Positions 16,947-26,348 of a stretch of 64,000 bases of DNA are shown piece by piece. Within the stretch, counting starts at the first letter, position 1, and every line of letters starts with the position of its first letter. The notes under the pieces were generated by a model. It did no database searches. It was given only the letters and a program-made list of their open reading frames with translations, and was not told the DNA's origin. A program made the position numbers and the translations under genes. The DNA comes from an uncultured Bacteroidaceae bacterium. GTDB lineage: Bacteria; Bacteroidota; Bacteroidia; Bacteroidales; GCA-2748055. The DNA lies in NCBI GenBank assembly GCA_964526475.1, contig CAZGKF010000005.1, positions 5,270 to 69,269 of the forward strand, written 5' to 3'.

Positions 16947-19511
16947 ATGAAAAAAATTAAAAATCAAATTATCATTATTATCACATGTTTACTTTTTACC
17001 CTAAACGCTAAAAGCCAGGTATTTAAACCCTGGGAGAACGGAGAGTTCAAAGGACGTATTGCATGGAGTTCCGATGGGAATTTCAATGATGAAGACGACT
17101 GGGCAGCCTCCCCTGTTGCATTGGCTATCTTTGCACAATTTGGCGTTAAAGATAAGCTGGTGCACTTCGACTATAACAATATCCGGCAGCAAACCAATAA
17201 AGAATGGGAGAAAATCCACGAAAATGCTATTCTGGGCGCAGCTAAAAGATATGGTTATGCGAATTCAATATTTCACAATTGCCGGAAAAACCTGGATGCT
17301 GCAGTGAACAGCATAGTCAAAGCTATTAATGCCTCATCCGAAGATAATCCACTCTATTTTGTTCTGGCAGGCCCAATGGAAATTCCTATTCTTGGGATTC
17401 AAAAAGCGGATCCAAAAAAACGAAAATATGTCACCTGTATTTCACATAACGTATGGAACGATGGGTATATGAGTGATTGGCTGACAAAACTTAACAAACG
17501 TGATGTAATTCCACTTGGTGTTAACTGGATCCAGATCACTGATCAAAACCAGTTCTTATTAACAACTCCCTGGAAAAAATTAGTCCAGGATTATGAATTG
17601 GAACCATGGCATTGGATGAGGGATTCGAAAGACCCAAATGTGCAGTTCCTTTGGGAATGCTTACTTTCTGTAACCAGAGCCGATTGCTCGGATGCAGGAA
17701 TGGCGCATTTTTTAATGACAGGTGATGAGGAGTCGGATATTGCAAAACTGAAAAGTCTGCTGGAAGACAAAATAGTTCCAAAACCCCTGGAAAGCAGGAC
17801 AACTATAAGAATGGAAGCAGAGAACTTTAAAAATATTAAAGACTTTGAGGTTGAATACATCCGGGAAAGAGCAGCTTCGCAGTATATGAGTGTTCTGTAT
17901 TCCGGAGAATCCTCCGGTGAGATATACACTGAGTTCAAAGAGATATATGTCCCGCAAAGCAGTAAATATGATGTGGAAGTCAGACTTTTCTCAGGATCCG
18001 ATAGTGAAGCTGAATATAGTTTATACATTAATGATCAACTGCAGGGAGAAAGTTGGAAAGCATCCAGACCTTCCAGCTGGCAAACAAAAAACATCAGAAA
18101 TATCCCCATTAAATTTGGAGATAAAATCGGGATTAAAGTAAAAAGCAAAATTCCTGGCAGTGTTAAACTGGATTATATTCAGTTAACCGACCGCATACAG
18201 AAAAATCCCTTTACCCGCAAAGTTACAGGTCCACTGGATGACCCAGCTGCACTCCCCGGACAGATCATTATTGCAGGGAAACATCCCGGATATCTGAAAT
18301 ACAACGGAATTCCGGGCCCGGCTTATCTCTGTGGTCCTGATAACCCGGAAACATTCCTTTATGATTATTTTGGTTTTTATAATACCAGGAAAGACTCAGG
18401 ACAGGAAGAAATGATCCGGCACATGGATGATGCAGGTGTTAATGCTTTTCATTTTATCATCTGGAGAATGAAGAGAACCAATATGAAGGGAGAGGGAGAC
18501 GACGAGCATACGCCATTTATTGATCACGATCCATCAAAAGGACTGGATATGGAAGTGCTCGACAAATGGGACGGATGGTTGGACCTGTTTGAAGAAGCAG
18601 GGGTAACTGTCGATTTTGAATTTTACGATGATGCTGCCAACCTCCGGAAAATAGGATGGGGCCTCGATGCGAACGGTGATCTTCACCCCGATGAGTACCG
18701 CTTCCTTACCGGAATCGTTAACAAATTCAAACACCATAAAAATATTATCTGGAGTATTGAAGAAAGTAGTAATAAACCTCCAAGAGCAAATATTCCACAT
18801 TTTAAAAAGATCGCTGAAGTCATTGCCGAAGCGGATAATTTTAACCACCCAATTAAACAAAGCTTTGTGGTCCCCGGGGATCCTGAAGGAGATTATCATG
18901 ATAATGCGTCTGCACCTGATGATTATTTAGAAGACCCAAATATCGGGCTTGTATCCTGGCTTCACGTTCATCCGAACGGCGACGATATTGAAGCACAGTA
19001 CCAGGAATATCTTAAGTATTACATAAGAGACTTCCGGAATTTTATTGTGATGACAAATGAAACATACCGCCATCCTACAAACGGCAGTCCGAACAGCAGA
19101 AAGTATGCCTGGGCATGTGCAATGACAAAAATGCATAACCTGAATGCCTATCACTATGCCAACAGACCTGGACGCCATGGAGTGCATCTGTACGAAGACG
19201 GATATATTGCCAATTTTATGGAAAAAACAGATTTTCACACTATGTGGCACCGGAACGATCTGGCGGCAGGTTCCACCAAATGGGTGCTGGCAAACCCTGG
19301 TAATAGCTATATCCTTTATACATATGACTATAAAGAAAATATGGGTGTAATAGGAATGTTCCAGGGTCGGTATGACCTTCTGTGGCTGGATACGGAAACC
19401 GGGGAAACAGTCGTGCAAAGAAACCTTCAGGTTAACTGGGGGGAAAATACCTGGAAAAAACCTGCAACAATTGGTAACGAAATTGCCCTGTATATAAAGA
19501 AACGTAACTAG
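16947..19511 (+). CDS. Exported ~855-aa multidomain protein of unknown function, tandem paralog 2
   Basis: Collinear with 14296..16878 along its whole length. Identity is roughly 70% by eye (not computed), with one short indel near aa 175-190. The same motifs are conserved: DEDDWAASPVALAIFA, RMEAENF, IIWSIEESSNKPP, NFIVMTNETYRHP. Confidence 0.85.
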   Translation: MKKIKNQIIIIITCLLFTLNAKSQVFKPWENGEFKGRIAWSSDGNFNDEDDWAASPVALAIFAQFGVKDKLVHFDYNNIRQQTNKEWEKIHENAILGAAKRYGYANSIFHNCRKNLDAAVNSIVKAINASSEDNPLYFVLAGPMEIPILGIQKADPKKRKYVTCISHNVWNDGYMSDWLTKLNKRDVIPLGVNWIQITDQNQFLLTTPWKKLVQDYELEPWHWMRDSKDPNVQFLWECLLSVTRADCSDAGMAHFLMTGDEESDIAKLKSLLEDKIVPKPLESRTTIRMEAENFKNIKDFEVEYIRERAASQYMSVLYSGESSGEIYTEFKEIYVPQSSKYDVEVRLFSGSDSEAEYSLYINDQLQGESWKASRPSSWQTKNIRNIPIKFGDKIGIKVKSKIPGSVKLDYIQLTDRIQKNPFTRKVTGPLDDPAALPGQIIIAGKHPGYLKYNGIPGPAYLCGPDNPETFLYDYFGFYNTRKDSGQEEMIRHMDDAGVNAFHFIIWRMKRTNMKGEGDDEHTPFIDHDPSKGLDMEVLDKWDGWLDLFEEAGVTVDFEFYDDAANLRKIGWGLDANGDLHPDEYRFLTGIVNKFKHHKNIIWSIEESSNKPPRANIPHFKKIAEVIAEADNFNHPIKQSFVVPGDPEGDYHDNASAPDDYLEDPNIGLVSWLHVHPNGDDIEAQYQEYLKYYIRDFRNFIVMTNETYRHPTNGSPNSRKYAWACAMTKMHNLNAYHYANRPGRHGVHLYEDGYIANFMEKTDFHTMWHRNDLAAGSTKWVLANPGNSYILYTYDYKENMGVIGMFQGRYDLLWLDTETGETVVQRNLQVNWGENTWKKPATIGNEIALYIKKRN

Positions 19512-19815
19512 AATATTTTAAAACTATTCAGGTAAATTATTAGATTTGTAATAATAATAAAATGAGTCTGCTACGAAAAGTAAAAAATTCTGTTCACCAT
19601 TGTTTTACCCCCCGACCTTTTAAAGGGGGGAGTATCTAATAATTTAAAGGGGGAGTGCTTAATAATGAGCAATTTACTTAAGTCCCCTTCCTTGCTTCCC
19701 AGAAGCTTCGCGAAGGCGAGTAGGGGAATCCAGCCTGCCGGCTGGCAGGTAGGGGTGAATTTACTTTCCGGAGTGCGCTCAAAAATGTATTTTATAAATC
19801 TTTAAACTTAAAAAT

Positions 19816-20310
19816 ATGAAAAAATTAAAGTTATTATTCTTAATGTTGGGATTGGTCCCTTATTTTTACTTGGTATCCCATGCGCAACAACTTAAGCTGG
19901 CATCAAAACCTGTGCTGACGTTGGAAGTTTCTAAGGCAGTAGCAAAAGCAGCAGCCGAATATGCAAATAAAAATAACTGGAATGTAGTAATCGCCATTAT
20001 TGACGATGGCGGTCACCTGTTATACCTGGAGCGTATGGATGGTGTGCAAACGGCAAGTATCGAAATTGCAATTCAAAAAGCGAAAACTTCAACAGGATTT
20101 AAAAGGAAATCTAAAGTATTTCAGGATGGTGTAAAAGGGGGGCGCACAGAGCTGGTAGCCTTACCTGTTGGTATCCCCTTTGAAGGAGGAGTACCTTTGA
20201 TGTGGGATGGTCATATGATTGGGGCTATTGGCATAAGTGGTGTAACTGCCGAACAGGACGGAATGATTGCTGAGGCCGGGGCAAATTCACTTACTAAAAT
20301 CGTGAAATAG
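19816..20310 (+). CDS. GlcG/HbpS-like (DUF336) protein with signal peptide
   Basis: N-terminal signal MKKLKLLFLMLGLVPYFYLVSHAQQ. DUF336 motifs are VVIAIIDDGGHLLYLERMDG and GGVPLMWDGHMIGAIGISGVTAEQDGMIAEAG. Confidence 0.75.
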   Translation: MKKLKLLFLMLGLVPYFYLVSHAQQLKLASKPVLTLEVSKAVAKAAAEYANKNNWNVVIAIIDDGGHLLYLERMDGVQTASIEIAIQKAKTSTGFKRKSKVFQDGVKGGRTELVALPVGIPFEGGVPLMWDGHMIGAIGISGVTAEQDGMIAEAGANSLTKIVK

Positions 20311-20380
20311 TTCTGCTTACCATTTTTTAGATAATAATTTCAAAGAACAATTTATTGTATAAAACCTAATAAAAAGCAAT

Positions 20381-21436
20381 ATGATAAGTGATTATTTCAA
20401 GCGGGTAAGCCAGCTTACTCCAACAAAATTCTGGATTAATAACGTAACGCGCCAGGAAGCCCGGATGGCCATCGAGGCAGGGGCGGTTGGCTGTACCCAG
20501 AACCCCTCCTATACATGGAAAATGCTTACACATCCTACTGAAAGCGAAAACGCAAAGATGTTGATGAAAAAAGCAATAAATGAATCTTCAAATGACAATG
20601 AAGTGGAATGTATCCTTCAGAGGAAACTGGTAAAGGAAATAGCCGATATCTTTTTACCTGTATATGAAGCCTCTCAAGGTGCACATGGCTATGTGAGCAT
20701 CCAGGGTGATCCCATACATGAGGAAGATCCGGAAGTCATTATCCACGAAGGAAGACTTAACCGTGAGATGGGCCCTAATGTGATGATAAAAATCCCTGCC
20801 ACAAAAGCAGGACTGGAAGCAATGGATGTGCTGATCAGCGAAAATACACCTATCAATGCCACCGAAGTTATGGGATTAAGCCAGGCACTAGACATCTGCA
20901 GGATGTATGAACGGATCTCCATGAAAACAGGCAAAAAGCCAAAGATTTATTATTCGCTGATAACTGGTATTTATGATGAGTATCTGAAAAAATGGGTGGA
21001 AAATGAAAAAATTGACATTTCACCCGACATTTTATATATGGCAGGGCTTATAATTGCAAAAAAAACCTATCAGATAACCAAAGCACAATGGCCCGATATC
21101 GGTTATATCGGTGGCGGTGTTCGCGGACTTCAGCATTTTACTGAAATGGTGGGTGCCGACGTTTGTATTACCATGAACTGGCAGGGCCAGGCAGAAGAAC
21201 TGCTTAAACTTAATAAACCTGTCGTTTCCCGCTTTTTCAATCCTGTACCTGAATTATTTGTTGATGAACTGCTTGAAAAAGTTACAGAATTCTCCAGAGC
21301 ATATAAAATAAATGGACTTAGTGTGGAAGAATATGAAGAATACGGCCCGGTGGAATATTTCAGGCATATGTTTATCGATGCATGGGAAAATGCACTGGAA
21401 GTTATTAAAAATGAAAGGAAAGAGGCTTCAATATAA
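20381..21436 (+). CDS. Transaldolase-family protein
   Basis: TKFWINNVTRQEARMAIEAGAVGCTQNPSY plus the Schiff-base lysine motif VMIKIPATKAGLEAM. No signal peptide. Confidence 0.8.
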   Translation: MISDYFKRVSQLTPTKFWINNVTRQEARMAIEAGAVGCTQNPSYTWKMLTHPTESENAKMLMKKAINESSNDNEVECILQRKLVKEIADIFLPVYEASQGAHGYVSIQGDPIHEEDPEVIIHEGRLNREMGPNVMIKIPATKAGLEAMDVLISENTPINATEVMGLSQALDICRMYERISMKTGKKPKIYYSLITGIYDEYLKKWVENEKIDISPDILYMAGLIIAKKTYQITKAQWPDIGYIGGGVRGLQHFTEMVGADVCITMNWQGQAEELLKLNKPVVSRFFNPVPELFVDELLEKVTEFSRAYKINGLSVEEYEEYGPVEYFRHMFIDAWENALEVIKNERKEASI

Positions 21437-21677
21437 CACAAATTTTCATCATTTTTCCATATATTTAAGTGAACATTTATTATATCTGTAGTAAAAATAA
21501 TACATAAATTGTAACTATACATCTTCCAGACACATGATAGGGAACAAATTTTTGTATTACGGAATGAATTGGATTTTGGTTATGGGAATATGTTATAACC
21601 ATTATATACAAAGAATTTCAAAGGACTTTTTTTTTAATATCAAAACAGTAGTGTTCTAATAAATGTTATAAAGCGGT

Positions 21678-21800
21678 ACAAAAACTAACTCTGTGGTTCT
21701 CTGTGAATTCTCTGCGAATCTCTGTGTAACAAAAAATAATTACACTGAGAGCCACTGAGAAGACACAGATTCACAGAGTGAATTCAACTCTTAATTCGCA
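21678..21800 (+). repeat. Copy 1 of a ~125-bp intergenic repeat with internal inverted repeats
   Basis: ACAAAAACTAACTCTGTGGTTCTCTGTGAATTCTCTGCGAATCTCTGTGTAACAAAAAATAATTACACTGAGAGCCACTGAGAAGACACAGATTCACAGAGTGAATTCAACTCTTAATTCGCA. It aligns end to end with 23403-23527. Confidence 0.85.
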
Positions 21801-21859
21801 TTAATATTTTAAAAATAAAAGAATAATAAATCATTACTAATCATTTTATTTCTTCAAAT

Positions 21860-23344
21860 ATGAATACCCCGAAAAAATCATCGTCAATTTCCCGTCGCAA
21901 ATTTATTGGGATGACCGCTGTAACTGGTACGGCATTTTCTTTTATCCCAAGTTTTGCTGTAAGCGGGCTGGGGCATACTGCGCCCAGCGATAAATTAAAT
22001 ATTGCCTGCATTGGAGCCGGTGGTATAGGTCTTCGTGATCTGGGTCTGATCACAGATCAGAATATAGTTGCACTTTGTGATGTTGACTGGGATTATGCTG
22101 CCAAAGCTTTTAAAGCCTATCCGGATGCGAAGGTATATAAGGATTACAGAGTAATGCTTGAAAAACAAAAAGATATTGATGCTGTCCTGATAGCTACTCC
22201 CGACCACACACATGCTGTGATTGGTATGGCAGCAATAAAAGCAGGAAAACACGTTTTTATGCAGAAACCCCTTGCTCATTCTGTATATGAAACAAGAATG
22301 CTTACAGAAACTGCCCGTAAGTATAAAGTGGCTACTCAAATGGGGAATCAGGGTAATTCAAGTGAATCAGTTCGTAAAATTTGTGAATGGATATGGGATG
22401 GCGCTATAGGTGACATAAAAGAAGTTCATGCCTGGACAAACCGACCCATATGGCCACAGGGATTGGAACGCCCGACAGAAAAAATGAGGATCCCAAAAAC
22501 TCTCGACTGGGATTTATGGCTGGGGCCTGCTCCCTGGCGACCTTACCATTCCGCATATACTCCATGGAACTGGCGTGCATGGTGGGATTTTGGAACAGGG
22601 GCACTTGGAGATATGGGTTGCCATATACTCGACCCGGTTTTCCAGGCTTTAAAGCTTAAGTATCCGCTAAGCGTTCAGGGCACATCATCCCAGGTAAACA
22701 CAGAGAGTGCCCCTATAGCTTCACGTATTAAATATGAATTTCCTGCCCGTGAAAATATGCCGAAACTGGCAATGCCTCCGGTTACACTTTACTGGTATGA
22801 TGGCGGGCTAATGCCTGACCGCCCTGATGATCTCGAAGATGGGGAAAAAATGGGAAACAGAAGTGGTGGAGCATTGTTTATTGGAACAAAAGGGAAAATT
22901 TCATGTGGTATTTTCGGAGACGACTATCTAATGTTCCCTAAAAAAGTCGGGGAGAACTACACAGATCCAAAACCAACAATAAGAAGAATACAGGGAGGTA
23001 CCAATGGCCACTGGAACGATTGGGTGCGGGCATGTAAAGAAAGCCCTGAAAACCGGGTTGAAACCAGTTCAAATTTTGAGTATTCAGGTCCCCTTTCCGA
23101 AAGCGTAGTCATGGGCAACCTGGCGATACGTCTTCAGGAACTCGATAAAACCTTACTCTGGGACGGAGAAAATATGCGTTTAACAAACATAACTGACAGC
23201 GATACTGTACGGGTGGTGAGTTCAGATAAATTTACCGTGATCAATGGTGATCCAAGGTTCGATACAAAATATGTAACCATCCCTGCAAAAGCTTCAGCAG
23301 AAGAATGGATTAAACACACCTACAGGGAAGGCTGGTCACTTTAA
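21860..23344 (+). CDS. Gfo/Idh/MocA-family oxidoreductase with twin-arginine signal
   Basis: Tat-type N-terminus SSISRRKFIGMTAVTGTAF. Rossmann motif LNIACIGAGGIGLRDL, then LIATPDHTHAVIGMAAIKAGKHVFMQKPL. Confidence 0.85.
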   Translation: MNTPKKSSSISRRKFIGMTAVTGTAFSFIPSFAVSGLGHTAPSDKLNIACIGAGGIGLRDLGLITDQNIVALCDVDWDYAAKAFKAYPDAKVYKDYRVMLEKQKDIDAVLIATPDHTHAVIGMAAIKAGKHVFMQKPLAHSVYETRMLTETARKYKVATQMGNQGNSSESVRKICEWIWDGAIGDIKEVHAWTNRPIWPQGLERPTEKMRIPKTLDWDLWLGPAPWRPYHSAYTPWNWRAWWDFGTGALGDMGCHILDPVFQALKLKYPLSVQGTSSQVNTESAPIASRIKYEFPARENMPKLAMPPVTLYWYDGGLMPDRPDDLEDGEKMGNRSGGALFIGTKGKISCGIFGDDYLMFPKKVGENYTDPKPTIRRIQGGTNGHWNDWVRACKESPENRVETSSNFEYSGPLSESVVMGNLAIRLQELDKTLLWDGENMRLTNITDSDTVRVVSSDKFTVINGDPRFDTKYVTIPAKASAEEWIKHTYREGWSL

Positions 23345-23402
23345 TGCGATTATAAAACTGTATGCTTGTATTACCATCAAAGGCATCTGAGTTTAGTGTG
23401 GC

Positions 23403-23527
23403 ACAAAAACTAACTCCGTGGTTCTCTATGAATACTCTGTGAATCTCAGTGTAACAAAAAATAATTACACTGAGAACCGCTGAAAAGACATAGAGATTCA
23501 CAGAGTGAATTCAACTCTTAATTCACA
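23403..23527 (+). repeat. Copy 2 of the ~125-bp intergenic repeat
   Basis: ACAAAAACTAACTCCGTGGTTCTCTATGAATACTCTGTGAATCTCAGTGTAACAAAAAATAATTACACTGAGAACCGCTGAAAAGACATAGAGATTCACAGAGTGAATTCAACTCTTAATTCACA. It has the same orientation as copy 1, about 90% identity by eye, and ends 5 nt before ATG 23533. Confidence 0.85.
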
Positions 23528-23532
23528 TTTTT

Positions 23533-25725
23533 ATGAAAATTCTGAAAATAGTGTTTGTTTTACTCCTGATTCTTTCCATTTGCCATATTATCCATGCACA
23601 GAACAATATAGAAAGGTTAAATGAAACGCAATTTCCCTTTAACAATACAGAATTGTCAATGGATGAACGAATTTCAGACCTTGTGAAAAGACTTTCAGTG
23701 GAGGAGAAATGTGCATTTTTGCTTTACGACTTTAAAGGGATTGAGAACTTAAATATACCAGCCTATAACTGGTGGAACGAAGCCCTGCATGGTGTTGCAA
23801 GAGCCGGGAAAGCAACGGTTTTCCCACAGGCAATAGGATTGGCTGCTACTTTTAATGATGACCTGATAGAAGAGGTTGCAACAGTAATTTCTGATGAAGC
23901 CAGGGCAAAATACGTGGCTGCCATCAGGAAAAACAGCCGTCAAAGATATACCGGCCTTACTTTCTGGTCCCCGAATATTAATATTTTCCGAGATCCACGC
24001 TGGGGAAGAGGACAGGAGACTTATGGTGAAGACCCGTATCTTACTGCAAAAATGGGAGTCGCTTTTGTTAAAGGGCTTCAGGGTGATCATCCCGAATACC
24101 TGAAGACATCAGCATGCGCAAAGCATTTTGTTGTTCACAGCGGACCCGAATCTTTGCGACATGAATTTGATGCAATAACATCAGAATTTGACTTAAGGAA
24201 CACATACCTCCCGGCTTTTAAATCACTTGCAGAAGCAGGGGTGTCCAGTGTGATGTGTGCCTATAACAGAACTAATGGAGAACCATGTTGCGGCAGTGAA
24301 TTCCTGTTACTGGATATGCTCAGGGATGAATTTAAATTTGACGGCTATATTGTTTCAGATTGTGGGGCGATCAGGGATATCTGGATGCATCATAAGGTGG
24401 CTGAAGATGCGAAAGCTGCAGCAGCTATAGCTTTGAAGAGCGGTGTAGATGTTAACTGCGGCAGAACATACGATCATCTGATGGAGGCATATAATGCAGG
24501 TTTGATTAGTGAAGAAATAATAGATATCTCACTCAAAAAAAATCTTAAAATTTTATTCCGGCTGGGATGGTTCGACCCACAGGAATCTTTTATATATAAC
24601 CAGGTTGATCCTTCCATTGTTGCTTCAGAAGCCCACACGGAGATAGCACGTAAAGCTGCGCGGGAATCAATAGTTATGCTGAAAAACGATAATGTTTTAC
24701 CCCTGGATAAATATTCTGAAAATTTAAAAAGAATATTTGTAACAGGTCCAAACGCCTCCGGCATGAAAGCCTTATGGGGAAATTACAATGGTTATTCAGG
24801 GAATTTTGTCACATTGCTTGAAGGAATTGTAGGAGCTGTTGATGCTGGAACTATCGTTGAATACGAAAAAGGATGCGAACTTGTAAATGATTTTAATTTC
24901 AGGGGGACCTACTTTGCCAACAGCGCAGACATTACCATTGCTGCTCTCGGTTACGATTTAACTTTGGAAGGGGAAGAAGGAGCAGCCTATTTAAGTGAAC
25001 ATGGAGGAGACCGCATTGACTTAAAACTACCCGAAAATCAGATCGAACTTGTAAAAGATTTACGTAAAAGAACAAAGGGTAAATTAATTGCAGTGATAAT
25101 GGCCGGATCTGCCATCTCCTTATCAGATATTGAACCTTTCGCTGACGCCATCATTTATGCATGGTATCCCGGAGAACAAGGAGGAAATGCCATTGCCGAT
25201 GTAATATTTGGCGATTATAATCCTACAGGAAGATTACCTGTAACAATTTACCATTCAGTTAATGATCTCCCTGCTTACGAAGATTATTCCATAAAGGGTA
25301 AAACATACAGGTATTTCAAAGGAGAAGCTGCATACCCTTTTGGATACGGCTTAAGCTATTCAAAGTTCGTATATGAGAGAATACAACTTAATAAAAAAAA
25401 GTTCACTTCTATAAATGATACACTTACAGTCACACTTGAACTTGAAAATAAAGGTTTATATGACGGTAATGAAATCGTGCAGATATATGCAAGGCTGGAA
25501 GGCTCTGATGAAAGATTCCCTGAAAAGTCATTGGTATTCTTTAAAAGTATTCCTGTAGCAGCTGGGAATAAAATTACGGTAAACTGCAGTATCCCAATGT
25601 CAGATTTTAAATATTATTTGCCTGAACTTAAGAAGTATGTTGTACCGAAAGGAAAATGGAGAATCATGGTCGGTTCTTCTTCAGATAATATTCACCTTTA
25701 TGAAAATATTTCAACTAACATTTAA
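23533..25725 (+). CDS. Glycoside hydrolase family 3 (beta-glucosidase/beta-xylosidase-like)
   Basis: Signal peptide. GH3 motifs are NWWNEALHGV, FRDPRWGRGQETYGEDP, KHFVVHSGPE and the nucleophile region FDGYIVSDCGAI. A C-terminal FN3-like domain is present. Confidence 0.9.
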   Translation: MKILKIVFVLLLILSICHIIHAQNNIERLNETQFPFNNTELSMDERISDLVKRLSVEEKCAFLLYDFKGIENLNIPAYNWWNEALHGVARAGKATVFPQAIGLAATFNDDLIEEVATVISDEARAKYVAAIRKNSRQRYTGLTFWSPNINIFRDPRWGRGQETYGEDPYLTAKMGVAFVKGLQGDHPEYLKTSACAKHFVVHSGPESLRHEFDAITSEFDLRNTYLPAFKSLAEAGVSSVMCAYNRTNGEPCCGSEFLLLDMLRDEFKFDGYIVSDCGAIRDIWMHHKVAEDAKAAAAIALKSGVDVNCGRTYDHLMEAYNAGLISEEIIDISLKKNLKILFRLGWFDPQESFIYNQVDPSIVASEAHTEIARKAARESIVMLKNDNVLPLDKYSENLKRIFVTGPNASGMKALWGNYNGYSGNFVTLLEGIVGAVDAGTIVEYEKGCELVNDFNFRGTYFANSADITIAALGYDLTLEGEEGAAYLSEHGGDRIDLKLPENQIELVKDLRKRTKGKLIAVIMAGSAISLSDIEPFADAIIYAWYPGEQGGNAIADVIFGDYNPTGRLPVTIYHSVNDLPAYEDYSIKGKTYRYFKGEAAYPFGYGLSYSKFVYERIQLNKKKFTSINDTLTVTLELENKGLYDGNEIVQIYARLEGSDERFPEKSLVFFKSIPVAAGNKITVNCSIPMSDFKYYLPELKKYVVPKGKWRIMVGSSSDNIHLYENISTNI

Positions 25726-25853
25726 ATACATTTTAAATGATAAACGATTTATTGTTTCAATGAGAAACCAGGTTTTAAGAACTTAATCTGTTTTTAAACA
25801 TAGAAATTATATATATATTTAAATTCGGCTCAAAAATCTGAAAATTAATTCAC

Positions 25854-26336
25854 ATGTCACTGAAAAATTACAACCTAACCATCTGTCAGAATTCCTGGCT
25901 GGTATTATTAAGACTGGCTATAGGCTGGCATTTTCTATACGAAGGATTGGTGAAAATATTCAATCCTGACTGGACTCCCTATGGATTTCTTATGGATTCA
26001 AAAGGTATGTTTGCATTTATATTTCATTGGATGGCATCCACTCCAAAAGTATTAACCGTAGTTGATCTGCTAAACGAATGGGGATTAACCCTGATAGGTC
26101 TGGGACTGGTGCTTGGAATCTTCACCAGGCTAGCTACCTGGGCGGGAATGTTATTGCTGGCATTCTATTACATTTCTCATCCTCCTTTAATTTCTTTGAA
26201 CTATGCTCTGCCTTCTGAGGGGGCTTATTTTATCGTTGACAAGGTACTGATCGAGTTTATCGCTCTGGGAGTACTGTCTGTGTTCCCAACCGGAAAAATA
26301 ATCGGGTTTGACCGTATAATTTTTAAAAATAAATAA
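25854..26336 (+). CDS. DoxX-family integral membrane protein
   Basis: 160 aa with four predicted TM segments. LLRLAIGWHFLYEGLVK is typical of DoxX/DoxD-like proteins. Its stop abuts the next gene. Confidence 0.7.
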   Translation: MSLKNYNLTICQNSWLVLLRLAIGWHFLYEGLVKIFNPDWTPYGFLMDSKGMFAFIFHWMASTPKVLTVVDLLNEWGLTLIGLGLVLGIFTRLATWAGMLLLAFYYISHPPLISLNYALPSEGAYFIVDKVLIEFIALGVLSVFPTGKIIGFDRIIFKNK

Positions 26337-26348
26337 TTGTCTGTTTTT

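Noticed and set aside
21130-21522. 130-aa minus-strand ORF spanning the transaldolase 3' end and the spacer
   Set aside because: It is antisense to the transaldolase gene over most of its length, and the translation is Ser/Ile-rich and low-complexity.
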